Assembly: GCA_965603825.1 (NCBI GenBank) | Contig: CBFDEM010000056.1 | Span: 868,001 to 932,000, forward strand | Direction of reading: 5' to 3' | DNA length: 64,000 nucleotides | Source: Blepharisma stoltei ATCC 30299 | Lineage: Eukaryota > Protista > Ciliophora | Shown here: piece by piece, positions 50,461-62,454 of the stretch | Position numbering within the stretch: the first letter of the stretch is position 1 | Layout of the letters: the number at the start of each line of letters is the position of its first letter | Made by a program: the position numbers and the translations under genes | The notes under the pieces: generated by a model | Seen by the model: the letters and a program-made list of their open reading frames with translations, nothing else | Databases searched by the model: none | Told to the model about the DNA's origin: nothing

Positions 50461-51080
50461 AAATATGCACATATAGTTTCAAATGTGCCATAATTGGCGA
50501 ATGACAGATAGGTAAATCAAGTTTATTACGTAGATTTCTAGAGAAGCAATCTATTTGAGGAGAAAACTCAGCCTAAGGTATAGAATTTGATGCACAAGTC
50601 TTTTGAATTGATGACTATAGAATAAAATTGTTTATATGAGACATAGCTAGTGATGCAAGTTTTAGGATTAAAAATAGGTATGCTCATTACTTAAGTTCTT
50701 AGATTATTTAGAAGTTAGAGTATTCCGCAGCCTTGCTCAGAGTTTTCATCAATGAAGCTGCATCTCTCAGTGCTCTCCTAAAGTCGATATTTTGATTCAG
50801 TTGATCTTATTAAAGTGCAGCGGCTTTCTTTTTATATACGAGGTTGCAATGTCCCTTTAAAAGATTTAAATAATTGAGTAAATGAAGCAATCAAATATGT
50901 TCCTGAACAGCTACGTCAATTTGAGTCAGAAATAAATAAAAACCAGTTTATATGAAGAAGGATAAAAATTCGCAAACGATCCTTAAATGATATTTTTGGA
51001 AACTTCAATCAAATATATGTGAAGTGTGGATAATGCTTTTAAGTTTATTGCTATTGAAGTATTAACAAATATAAGAAATT
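50461..51080 (+). pseudogene. degraded tandem copy of the downstream Rab-like GTPase
   Basis: FKCAIIGE..GKS.L..RF, KLFI(W)D, LKDL.N(W), MIFLETS, FKFIAIE align with 51345..51893; TAA at 50574, frameshifts, about 122-nt insertion. Confidence 0.85.
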
Positions 51081-51344
51081 TATATACAGATAGATATAGT
51101 AAAAAATTTGTTTATCTTAGGCCGATAAGTAGTTATTATTTAAGTATGTCCAGAAATTCGGTTTATTTTATTAATAAACAAATTATTTTCTTATTAAATA
51201 TAGCATAGCACATAGCGTTAGGATTTTAATAAAATTTTTTTTCGGGATTATTAACAATACCTTTTTAAAATGTGACTAAAATCCCTATTGTATCGGAAAA
51301 AAATCGACTATTTATAAGACCATTTTTTATCATAAAGCTAATAA

Positions 51345-51893
51345 ATGATATTTGCAAATGGATTCAAATGTGCCATAATTGGTGAAGGACATGCTGGTAA
51401 ATCCACTTTACTAGGCAGATTTATGGAGAGCGAGTCTAACAGAGAAAAAAATTCATTTCAATGTCTCGGCTTTGGAGTAAAAGATGTCTGCTTTGGTGGT
51501 AATACAATACAATTGTTTATATATGAAACAGTAAGTGATGTAAATTTGAGGCATATTAATAGGCTAGTTTACTCTGATGCAGCAGCTTTAATTTTTATGT
51601 ACGACATTACAAGGTCATCCTCTCTAAAAGATTTAAGTAATTGGATAATTGAAACAACTATGTATGCTCCTGGTGTTATTGCATCAATTTTAGTTGGAAA
51701 TAAAGCCGATTTGGAAAGTGAAAGGCAGGTTTTATATGAGGAAGGCCAAAAATTCGCAAATGACCATCAAATGATATTTTTGGAAACATCCGTCTTTAAC
51801 GAGAAGAGCATGGAGAATATTTTTAAGTTTATTGCGATTGAAATATTAGGAAAAATAAGAAATGGTCAGGAATATCAAGCAAAACTTTTATAG
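51345..51893 (+). CDS. divergent Rab-family small GTPase lacking prenylation site
   Basis: GEGHAGKST, LVGNKADL, FLETS; switch II reads YETVSD; no terminal Cys. Confidence 0.8.
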   Translation: MIFANGFKCAIIGEGHAGKSTLLGRFMESESNREKNSFQCLGFGVKDVCFGGNTIQLFIYETVSDVNLRHINRLVYSDAAALIFMYDITRSSSLKDLSNWIIETTMYAPGVIASILVGNKADLESERQVLYEEGQKFANDHQMIFLETSVFNEKSMENIFKFIAIEILGKIRNGQEYQAKLL

Positions 51894-52343
51894 TATTAAG
51901 ATAATGAGTAATTAATATTTTTAGTTTTGCTCTAGAAATTATTTTCTGATTTTTATAACGAAAAAATTCCTTAAAATCCCATTTGCATTTAAAATTAAAA
52001 AACTAATTCATGATGATTAAGTAGCTTATACTTATTGAGTCGAAATCATAATACATAATGCAGACTTTTCTTTTTTCAATATTATTTTATAAGGTCATTG
52101 CATATGATATATTCCAGTTTTCACCTAATTTTATTAATTAAATTTATATAAATTAAAATGGCTTGAAGCAGACCCATTTTTCACTTTAATTCATAAACCC
52201 ATATATCACCTTCATGAAAATCCAAAATTTTGGCTTATTTTGCATATTTATATCCAAATATTCCAAAATTTTAACTTATGAGCCTTAAAATTTTCCAAGA
52301 CGCTTATGATTTATCATTGCTTTATAAAAATCGCACCCAAAAT

Positions 52344-53429
52344 ATGGTGAAGAAATTTCTGATTATCGCTGCCTCTTTAATTCAGATTTTTGCACTCTCC
52401 TGCTTAGACATCAACGGAAACCCTGTAGCATGGTGAAATTTGGTAAAAATGCCTAAAGCTGTAAAAAATGCGCCTTTTTATGGAAAATCTTACTTATATG
52501 TATCTCCTGATAACCCAACCCCGACCCTCAGCACAAATCCTATAAACGTAACAAGCCCAATGACTTATACGCTAAACCAATTAAATACTGATAAAACTGT
52601 TTCCTTTTTATTTTACAAGTAAAATTCATATAGTGACGGCTATCCAGGAAGTGAAACAAATTACAGTTCTTATTATGGGCATTCAAAAGGGATTTTAGCT
52701 TATACCCAAACCCAAGCTATTTACATTATCCATTCAGTGCCTCATTTTCCTTATACTGATAATGTTACTAATGCAGTTGTTTTAGACATTGCAGATCCGC
52801 AGACTATGTATGGGCAAAATATGATGTGCATACAGTTGGATCCTCAGACTTTATTTAATATTGCAGGAATTATGACAATCAACCACCCTGCAGTTTATTT
52901 TTCAAGAATAGTAAATCAAAACGCTAATATTACTTATCTCGTTAAAAATGTTACGGCTGGGTACAAGTTTACTCAATCAATTTACAGTTTTACGTAATTT
53001 TTATTTAGTTCAAATGGGAATTTTTATACTTATTTTGCTAAAGATATGGCAGGACAGTGGGATTTATATGAAGATATAATTGCTCCTTACTATAATGATG
53101 GCTTTAAAGTAGAAAGCTGGGGTCGTCCGTATGATGCCAGTTTTTGTAAGCCAAAATACAGTTATAACGTTTTAAATGTTTTAGGAGTAAACCTCGGAAG
53201 ATATGCTTGGTATAACACTGACGACCACTCAAAATGGGGAATTGCTATTAAAAATACCAACATCTATTGCTCTTCAGACATAAACCGCATGAATTCTCAG
53301 CGTAAGCGAGGTGGAGGCGCTTTATGTACCAATTCTACACTTCTTTACACCGCTTTTTCCAGCCTAATTACCTTAGAAGAGTCCTGCAACGAGCTTCTTT
53401 CTCAAACTCTCTCCTATATTACTTCATAA
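52344..53429 (+). CDS. DNASE2: deoxyribonuclease II (351 aa, 2 introns)
   Basis: LSCLD..G.PVAW(W).LVKMP, YND, GHSKG, IHSVPHFP, YGQ, DHSKW, DINRM..Q..RGGG..C. Confidence 0.93.
52619..52633 (+). other. 15-nt intron GTAAAATTCATATAG
   Basis: Removal restores the conserved Y(N)D. Confidence 0.92.
52994..53008 (+). other. 15-nt intron GTAATTTTTATTTAG
   Basis: Removal restores F(T)SNG..YTYFAK. Confidence 0.9.
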
Positions 53430-53479
53430 TTTATCTTAAAATCCATTTAATCGTCATAATAATGAATTAGTTATAAAAA

Positions 53480-54781
53480 CTACTCCATCTTGACTGCAGA
53501 ATTAATAACCCCTACCCCACTAATAATTGTAAAAGTTGCTGCCAGCATGATCACCATAATATTTCCTTTATCTCCCCACCCTTTTTTCGTATTATGGACC
53601 TCCAATAGTGCTGGATACACATATGCAAAAATCGTATATGTCGCCCCAAGGAAGGTAAAAATGACTTCGGCAGCTGGAATTGCTATAGAGACTGATAAAG
53701 CGCCATATAAAATAAATGCGGTAATGAGAACATGCCTGTATAATGGTTACGTTAGGGTGGAAACTTCTTCTTTTTTATTAAATTTTGAGGACAAGCTGAT
53801 TATAGCTTGCCGGCAGGTGATGGTGAAGAGCATCACAGTGCACATGATTACAAAGACTATTAGCAATCGTCCAATGCACATATATAAATCTGAGGTATAG
53901 TGCTTAGGAGGGTTGCGCTCAGTAATAAACATAGGGGTGTCTTCTAGCAAAGAAAGATACCCAAAAACTGCTATAAAAATGTATATTAAAACTTGAATCA
54001 AAAAGACTCTCGAATTCGCCTTCTGCATCCTTTTTAGAGAAGGATCTTTCATTTCACTAAAAACAGTCGCCACACTCATATGCCACACAAATGCAAAAAC
54101 AGCTAAAGAGCACGCTGGGAAAAAGTCATTATCCATGCTAACCCAGCTTACCTCTGATAATTCATTTGTGCTTTGAAAATGAGGAAAATCAATTATCAGC
54201 ACCACGCATAAATAAAGAATGCTGCCAATGCTAAATAGTGAAAGATGCTTTAGTCCTGTTAATTTCTTCATTAAAGACATAGGAAATAACACGAACGTGG
54301 TATATCCTAGCATAATGAAATTTTTATATTCATCAATTTCTATTGAAAAATATTTCAGGAAACTTACGACAGTGATGATGCCTAAGTAAAGGTTACAAAT
54401 TATTTGGTAGCCAACAATCTCAAAAAATATATAAAGAATCATCAGGACTTCTAATATTATTGATGCACCCTAATTGAGAGTTACTTTTCCTAGCACATCG
54501 TATACTAAGCCAGAGTAGCTATAAATCTGCCTGTGGCTGGCAGCTTTACAAATACAGTTCATGCCAATTAATGACCCAAGCGCAGAGGCTAGAATAAGGC
54601 AAAGACCTGGGACCACTCCTACGTAATGAAGGATCAGAGGCAATGAAAGGCAGCTGGTGTCCATTGATGACGCAATCAAAGTGAAAATCGAGCTTCTCAT
54701 AGAGCCTTCTTCCATTTTCCCGAATGTACGCTGAGCCCATGATCTTGTCCTGATTAAAGGCTTTCTTTGATCGCTGGACAT
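53480..54781 (-). CDS. amino-acid transporter, AAAP/SLC38-like (423 aa, 2 introns)
   Basis: SSIFTLIASSM...LSLP, FAFVWH, FGYLS, about 11 TM. Confidence 0.9.
53736..53750 (-). other. 15-nt intron GTAACCATTATACAG
   Basis: Removal adds the final three TMs. Confidence 0.9.
54470..54484 (-). other. 15-nt intron GTAACTCTCAATTAG
   Basis: Removal restores VLGK|GASIILE. Confidence 0.9.
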
Positions 54782-55164
54782 TATAAATTTATGCAACTCT
54801 TAAGCCATTAAGCAAAAATCAATCATGGCTGAGAATAATAAGTTAAATCACAATATATAAAGATTAGGTGTAGTATAGCAAAAATTTTAGCTTTGCGCCG
54901 TTTGTAGGGGAAAGTTTGGAATGGTTTTTCTAATGCAAATAAATGATGGAAATGGAGAATATAGACTAGGGATTTTTTTAAAGTTTATATTAAAATAACT
55001 TGGAACACTTAGCTATGATTTTTCTGAGTAAGAAAAGTTAGTTATAGGAAAATATGAAATTAATAGATAGGGTGCTATAAATAGAATTTTGATTTATGGG
55101 TAGTGTAAAATAACTGACAGTTTTTATCAAAAGGTAAGTCAAAAGCGCTTCACTTTTATAAAAA

Positions 55165-55235
55165 TGGTTCTACTGAGAATTGAACTCAGATCTCAGGATT
55201 CAAAGTCCTACGTGCTACCACTACACCATAGAACC
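55165..55235 (-). tRNA. tRNA-Gln(UUG)
   Basis: GGTTCTA/TAGAACC acceptor, TAGGA-CT-TTG-AA-TCCTG, GTTCAAT T-loop, T-run. Confidence 0.93.
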
Positions 55236-55523
55236 TAAGTTATTAAATTCATTTTAGATATTTACTTATACGAAATACTGCGTTAAAAATTAATCAAATT
55301 TAATAATAGCAATTAAAAACTAATTTTTATAAAAATACATCAACATTTATATTTAATAAGGCACAGAAAGGGTGCAAGAATGAATTTATCTATTTCTCTT
55401 AAAAATATCAATTATTTCATAATAAGACTCAATCTCTTAATAAGTCTGAAACTATCTAATTTTATCCAAATCCTGACACTAAATTTATATTTCCACATAT
55501 AGACTTTTTCAAATTTATACATC

Positions 55524-56885
55524 ATGGATTTCAGATTTTTGCTACTGATACCATTGTTGATATCAAGCACAGTAGTCTACGTAGTCGAGCTTGCCAGGCA
55601 TGGGCTGAGAACTCCTACACAATTTATGCCTTGAGACGAAGGCATATGATCAGTAGGACCAGGCCAGCTCACCCCCGAAGGTATGAGGCAGCACTTTTTA
55701 ATCGGGACTGAATTAAGGAATCGTTATATTAACAACACCAAACTTCTCAGTTCTTCTTATTACAAGCCAGAAGTAAGCTTCTACTCAACCGACTACGACA
55801 GAACTTTAATGAGTGCTATGAGTCAGCTATCTGGCCTTTATCCCCCTGAAACAGGTCCCAGCCTCAAAAATTCTTCTCTGAACCAACTAGCCAAGCCTCC
55901 AATTTATATTGAAAATTTTAACGAAACAATTGAGGAGCTGGGAGACGCTGCCCTTCCTAATAATATACAAGTAGTCCCAGTTTTTACAGGCCTAAACCAA
56001 GATGACATTATATTGCTACCTAGTTTTAGCTGTCCGAAATACCAATATATTTCGAATTTTAATTCTAATAGCTCAGCAGTGCAGTCACTGATAAAAAAAA
56101 ATGCCAATCTTTTTGAAACGATTTCTAATGTGATGGATATCAGTATAGAGGAAGCTATAAACATTTCTCCACAATTATTAGACTCATTGATTATAAATAA
56201 TGCATACGGAAATACTAGAAATATCCCTGCACCTTTTAATGAACAATTTTTACAACAAGCTGTAGCTTTGTCAAACCAAATTACCCAAATCATTTATTAT
56301 ACACCTGAAGTTATGTCTCAGCTTTCTGGGAGCCAATTTCTCAGGCAGCTTTCTACACTTTTAAATGAATCTCAGTCAAATCCTAACAGCACTTTAAAAT
56401 TTAGCTTATTTTTAGCCCACGATTCTAGCTTACTAAATGTACTTTCTGCCCTTAAACTTCCAAACCTAGAAAACCCAACTTTTGCATCAACCATTCTTTT
56501 TGAGCTAATTTCTGACGAAAATAAGAATTTTTATGTGCAAGTTTACTATAATGACATTCTCCAAACCATCCCAACATGTGGTAGCACTTTATGTCCTTTT
56601 TACAATTTTATGAGATTTATAGAGCTGAGGTCTTTTCCTAATATAACTAATGCGTGCATTTTTAATAGTGCAGAAGAAAACTGGGGGGATTTGGCTGAAG
56701 CAGAAAATGAGGAGTTTCCAGTGGCTGGAAAAGGAGATGACTGGAATTTGAGATGGTATGGGTGGCTTGCGATAGCTTTTTGCTCAGCTGTTATTATGGC
56801 GCTTGGGATAGCTGTTACTGTTTTAATTAGAGATTTTAAAGCAAAGAGAGGGAAGAAAAAATATGTCGAGATGTGAGAGCGATAA
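55524..56885 (+). CDS. lysosomal-type histidine acid phosphatase with TM (453 aa)
   Basis: Signal peptide, RHGLRTP, GQLTPEG, AHD, C-terminal TM and YVEM (YxxPhi); three TGA. Confidence 0.9.
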
Positions 56886-56984
56886 ACGTAAAATTATTTA
56901 GAAAATGTCTAATTAATAAGCTATAAATAATTGTTTTATATGCTAAAAGGGAAGGAATTTAAATATCACTGCAAAAAAGCCAAC

Positions 56985-59489
56985 TTAAATATTTACTGTG
57001 TTAGTAGAAGTATTCAGCGCTAATAAGCCAACTGTATGTGAAAGCAAGAGTGTCATACATTGGCTATTAGCCCAGATAAATAAAGAAATAGTGCTAGACG
57101 GCCACAAATAAAATCCCAAGCAAAAAATCCACACCGCAAGAATCGCTTTTAGTGTCAAAATCTTAAAATTTCTCGTAAATTCTTTACTAGACACCATCAT
57201 AAAGCATCCAGCAATTATATATCATGCTAATTTGTGTATCCCAAAAATAACCCCAGTGAAAATAGGATAAATATCAGGCCCAACTCCTCACGAGTGATTG
57301 CCTGCCCTTAGCGAAATATCAAATCCAAACGTCCCTAGTGTGATTAAATATGATGTAATTGCTTGAATTAATATCAAATATATAGAATCCAACTTACTAT
57401 ATATATAAATCTATATAAAAAGTACTATAGGCAAGAAAAACAATGTATAGTGAAGCCGCTGAGATTGGCTTGCAATAAAAAAATACACAATAATGACTGG
57501 ATAAGTCGCGAATTTTGCTTTAAATTCTCGTGGGGCAAGTATCAAAGAGAATATCACAAAAAATATTAATGATACATAAAAAATCCTGATAGTAGTTATC
57601 ATATTCGGCGTTTGGTCAGTCATAGAATAGTCTGTTATTTGTTCATAAATTATCATTAAAGCTATAGAAAACTCCCCAAAAATAAGCAAAATATAGTGCC
57701 AAATCCCTTTAATAGACTTGATATCGTATAAGTATAAGAATTGTAGTGCAGAGTAATGGAATCAGTATAAAGTATAGTCTTTTATAACAAAATAATCGTA
57801 ATGGCTGGATAATAAGAGAAGAATATTTAATAAGCTTGTGATAGGCTTGATGTCATGAATAGTAAAAACTCTTCCTTTTCCGAGGGAATATATGTAGGCT
57901 AATATTGATTTATAAGTAGAATATGGCGAAAATGACAATAAATCAGATTTTACTTTGACAAATGATGATATAAAATTCAGTATGTGGAAAAGCACTAAAG
58001 GCCAAAAAAGAGTCCGCTCTACCCTACCAGTCAGTCCACCAAAAAACAATATAAAAACATGCTCTATAAATAATAAAATCACATTTATCTGTATTTCAAT
58101 GCTGATACAATAAATCCAATAAATAATGGCAACGAAACTTAAAATGAGCAAAACGTAAGCTTCTTTGGAGGTTTCTAAGTTTTCTGCTTGCCTTTGTAGG
58201 TTTTTTAAATATTCAGGATATTCCTCATTAAGAGAGGCTACAATTTCTTTATCTTTTATAGCGAAATCATATTTTCTGCCCATCATTAGCTTGAGGTTCC
58301 GATTGCCACCATCCAAATAATTCAAATAATTAAGCAGCTGGATTTCTTTGGCTCGGAAATTCATAAGCTCGAATTTTTCTATATAAATTTTACCTCCTTC
58401 ACTGATTTTCTTAGGAAACCCGCCTGCTCTAGATGGTAGTCCTGCATTATTTATATATTGACTGACAATTGGCCCAATATCTTCATGCTTGATTTCTCCA
58501 CGAAAATTTCCTATCGACCCTTTGTTATAGATATATAGAAATCCTTCATTGCCTTTATCCATATTGCAGCCATGGTTACAGACTTCGTCTTCTCCGAAAT
58601 CTCATTGTCCTCCATGATCACTAGACACAAATAAAACGTATTTATCTCCCATTTCAGTTTTTTCTAAAATTTGAATAATTGCTTTAATATCACCTAATAA
58701 AGCTGATGCGACAGATAAAGTTTTAATAGAGAAGGCAGCGTAGTTGTGATTATAGCTGTCCATAATGGTAGAATAGTAAACTAAATTTATATCATCATAG
58801 GCAAGAAATGACTTTAACAATGATTCAATGCTTTTTATATTGCCATTTTCTAATAGCTCCTCTGAATTTTCTATGACAAATTTATTAGCATTGGAAGTTC
58901 CTTTAATTTCTCCATTCTTCGTCAAATCAGGTCTTATAAAAGAGCTTCCAAACATTCCAGAAGCTCTTTCTAACGTTTTAAAAGGATACTGTTCCCTCAC
59001 ATTAAACTGATACACCTTTGCAAACCTTTCTTCTCCTAGTAAATTTATTAAAGGGAAATTGTTCCCTACATAATAGTTTAATTTTCCTTTCATTTGGTCT
59101 ATTGCAGTTTCTGATAGTAATTTAGCACCTACAAGGTTTCTGGATACTTTTCCTGTGACTTGCTCAGCATGGATTGTGGCGGATTGTGGATATCCACTGA
59201 ACTTCACATTGTAATAGGCAGAATTATTTACATATGAGGCTAAATCTCCAGACTGAAATGCTGCAAAGGCGTCTAAAAACAGTCAAATATAATGCGGCTT
59301 CTTCAACATATTCCTACACACCTCAATATCAAACCCTTCAATTTTTCCTTTGCAGTAAGAATTTTCTAAATCAATTTCAAAGGCCGAGTTTTCTACCAAA
59401 ACATTGTAAACTTGGCTTTCACCTAAAAATAAATGTGTGCAAAATAAAGTACTGAAAAGAAGAATCAAAGAATATCAGGCAGGCTTCAT
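56985..59489 (-). CDS. GPI ethanolamine-phosphate transferase-like (PIG-G/PIG-O type) multi-TM protein (829 aa, 1 intron)
   Basis: Alkaline-phosphatase-fold motifs LFLDAF, MDSYNH, SSDHGG, NHG, then many TMs; five track ORFs joined. Confidence 0.65.
57411..57425 (-). other. 15-nt intron GTACTTTTTATATAG
   Basis: Removes the only TAG in an otherwise open 2.5-kb frame. Confidence 0.85.
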
Positions 59490-59692
59490 ATAAAATGCTG
59501 CAATTAATAATTCTATTATTTTCTATTCAATTTAGCTATTTTCTAATCACTTTTATAGGTTTTCATAATCCTAGTATCAATTATTATACTTGGCAAGGCA
59601 TGCTGTTTTTTCTGTATTTATTAAGCTTATATTGCCTAATTACTTTGCCTTTTAGCCTTATTGAATATATAATTAATTATAATTTTTTCCTA

Positions 59693-61579
59693 ATGAATAG
59701 GAGGTGGCTTATGGGATGCATTTATGACTACCTTCGCAAAGGCTTTGACCCTGACGCAGACGAAATCACAAAATTTATCAAGGCAAACGACCATAAAGCT
59801 TCCAGGATAAAATTTGCACCACTGAAAAGAGAAATTGAAAAAATTCTTAATGAAAATCTGCCTAATGAAGAAGAGCCACAACAAATAAAAACTTTGCCTC
59901 TGAAAACAGCCCCTTCTCCGCCTGCACAAAAACCTGCTAAAAATGAGCAGGTTTTTACGACAGAATTGAAATTTAAAGATATCGGCGGAATCGACCAAAT
60001 TATGAAAGATATCCAAGAACTTGTAGTTTACCCTATGGTCCATCCTGAGGTATATAGAGAGCTACATATAGAACCTGCAACTGGGGTTTTATTGTGTGGG
60101 CCTCCAGGGACTGGAAAAACTTATCTTGCCCATGCAATTTGTGGAGAATTAGGTGTACCTTTTTATAAGCTCGCAGCCCCAGAAATTGTCTCCGGCATGT
60201 CTGGCGAATCTGAACAAAAACTCCGCGAGCTATTTAAAAAAGCTTCAGAATCCGCCCCGAGCATCATTTTTATAGATGAAATCGACGCAATTGCTCCAAA
60301 CCGCAGCAACACCCACCGCGAGATGGAAAAGCGCATTGTCTCGCAGCTCCTCACCTGTATGGACGATTTGCGTGGCTTTTTAAGCCACGGAAAAGTTGTC
60401 ATAGTCCTTGCTGCTACCAACCGAATCGAATCTATCGACACAGCCCTGCGCCAAGCTGGGCGCTTTGACCGAGAAATTCATTTTGGCATCCCAAGCGAGC
60501 CTCAGCGTTTTCAAATCCTAAGCCTTCTTATGAAAGACTTAAAAATTAGAGGCGACATTGACATCCACGCCATTGCCAAGCTGACTCCAGGCTATGTCGG
60601 GGCTGATTTGCAGTCTTTGGTAAAAGAAGCTGGGAATAGGGCGATTTCGAGAGTAATGCAAGAAGAAATGCTGGACCTTGAGAACTTGTATATAGAAATG
60701 GGAGACTTTTTGCATGCAGTTAGCAAGGTACAGCCCAGTTCGAAAAGAGAAGGATTTTCGACGATTCCTGATACAACTTGGCAGGATATTGGTGGAATGG
60801 AAAATTTGAGGACTGAGCTGTATTTTAGCATTGTACATGCGATACAGTGCCCAGAAAAATACCAAGCCGTAGGAATTACAGCGGCTGCTGGAGTTTTACT
60901 GTGTGGTCCACCTGGGTGTGGGAAAACACTGCTTGCTAAAGCAGTTGCGAATGAAAGCAAGGCAAATTTTATTGCGGTTAATGGCCCAGAGCTGCTTAAT
61001 AAATATGTAGGAGAAAGCGAAAAAGCAGTAAGACAGCTATTCCAAAGAGCAAGGGACTCAGCACCTTGCGTGATATTTTTTGATGAAATTGATTCTCTAT
61101 GTGCTGCAAGAGGAGGGGATAATCAAGCTACTGAAAGAGTCGTCAACCAGCTGCTTACAGAGCTTAATGGCCTACAAGATAGACGACAAGTATTTGTGAT
61201 TGCAGCGACGAACAGGCCTGACATTATTGATCCGGCCATGCTAAGACCAGGAAGACTTGACAAAATTCTGTTTGTGCCGCTGCCTGAAGAAGGGGAAAGA
61301 AAAAGCATTTTACAAGCTTTAACAAGGAGCTCTCCACTGGATTCTGATATAAATTTAGATTTATTAGCTGAAAAAACAGTCGGGTTTAGTGGAGCTGATT
61401 TGTCGTCATTAGTAAGAGAAGCTGCTTGTTTGGCCCTTCGGCAAGAAAATCCTCCATATATTATTACACACAATCATTTTTCAGAAGCTCTTTATAAAGT
61501 AAGGCCTTCTGTCACACCTCATCAGAAAGCACATTATGAAAAAATGAGGGAAAATTTAGCTATTAAATCAGGTAATTAA
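59693..61579 (+). CDS. NVL: AAA+ ATPase NVL2/Rix7 (628 aa)
   Basis: Two AAA modules; [40 protein letters not shown]. Confidence 0.93.
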   Translation: MNRRWLMGCIYDYLRKGFDPDADEITKFIKANDHKASRIKFAPLKREIEKILNENLPNEEEPQQIKTLPLKTAPSPPAQKPAKNEQVFTTELKFKDIGGIDQIMKDIQELVVYPMVHPEVYRELHIEPATGVLLCGPPGTGKTYLAHAICGELGVPFYKLAAPEIVSGMSGESEQKLRELFKKASESAPSIIFIDEIDAIAPNRSNTHREMEKRIVSQLLTCMDDLRGFLSHGKVVIVLAATNRIESIDTALRQAGRFDREIHFGIPSEPQRFQILSLLMKDLKIRGDIDIHAIAKLTPGYVGADLQSLVKEAGNRAISRVMQEEMLDLENLYIEMGDFLHAVSKVQPSSKREGFSTIPDTTWQDIGGMENLRTELYFSIVHAIQCPEKYQAVGITAAAGVLLCGPPGCGKTLLAKAVANESKANFIAVNGPELLNKYVGESEKAVRQLFQRARDSAPCVIFFDEIDSLCAARGGDNQATERVVNQLLTELNGLQDRRQVFVIAATNRPDIIDPAMLRPGRLDKILFVPLPEEGERKSILQALTRSSPLDSDINLDLLAEKTVGFSGADLSSLVREAACLALRQENPPYIITHNHFSEALYKVRPSVTPHQKAHYEKMRENLAIKSGN

Positions 61580-61633
61580 TTTTTCTCCAATTTAAAAATT
61601 CTGAAAACCCCTGATATAATTTTTTATTAAAAT

Positions 61634-62320
61634 ATGTCAACCTCAAGTGGAACCTTGATTATTCGCCCGATCTGTGCTAAATTGACACATGACACAGAGA
61701 CCTTTGGGAGGATGGATCCTTATTGTGTAATTACGGTAGGAAGACAAAAACACAGAACTGTTGTCGCAAAAAGTGCAGGGAAATTCCCTAATTGGGAAGA
61801 TCAGCTGTCTTATATGAAGACCAATGAAGATACAATGAAAATAGAAGTCTGAGACAAAGATACAGCGTCATCTGATGATTTAATAGGAGAAACTACGCTT
61901 GCCTTAAATACTGTAATTTCAAAATCGAATTATGAAGAATGGGTACCATTGACGTATAAGGGAAGAAAGGCTGGCGAGATTAGGCTCAATATAGTGTTTA
62001 GGCCTTCTGGGCCTCCTCCAAGTGTGCATGGAATACCTGCCAATCTAGTTAATATGGGAGGACGTCAATATGCTCCAATGCCTGCTCCATATCAGTATCC
62101 TCCACAAACCTATCCACAAGCTCCTCCTCAGTCTATGTATCCTACACTCAGTCCTATGCAGCCACCTCCAATGCCTTATTATCCTCCACAAGCCCCATAT
62201 CCCCAAGCGTATCCTCAGAACCCTCCATCATATCTAAATCCCCAACAGAGCCCAAACTACTATTATCAACAACCACCTCCACAAAATGTGCCTAATTTTT
62301 ATCCATATGCACCCAAGTAA
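61634..62320 (+). CDS. C2-domain protein with Pro/Tyr/Gln-rich tail (228 aa)
   Basis: MDPYC, PNW, EV(W)DKD..SDDLIG with TGA 61850. Confidence 0.88.
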
Positions 62321-62454
62321 CTGCTCATAATATAAATAAATGATTTTTTTAATTAATTCTCAGTCAAAAATCTCTATTAAACCTCTTAAAATTTTAAAAG
62401 AATTTTATATTTTTTCACTTTCCCATATTTATTTATTACAGTTCCACTCAAACC

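Noticed and set aside
50678-50800. Insertion read as a long GT...AG intron
   Set aside because: Far outside the 15-16 nt class, lacks A at -6, and lies in a copy already broken by stops
55165-55235. Possible tRNA-Trp(UCA) suppressor on + strand (GGATTCAAAGTCC)
   Set aside because: D-loop GG, T-loop GTTCAA and the terminator are all on the minus strand, giving tRNA-Gln(UUG); TTCAAA is just the reverse complement of its anticodon loop
59495-59692. 66-aa hydrophobic N-terminal extension of NVL in the track
   Set aside because: AT-rich divergent spacer; ATG 59693 fits better, and the extension would leave only 5 nt to the neighbouring start
29001-61473. Antisense/overlapping track ORFs (e.g. 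29001, 34801, 46628, 53490, 60592, 61123)
   Set aside because: Shadow frames of well-supported genes on the opposite strand
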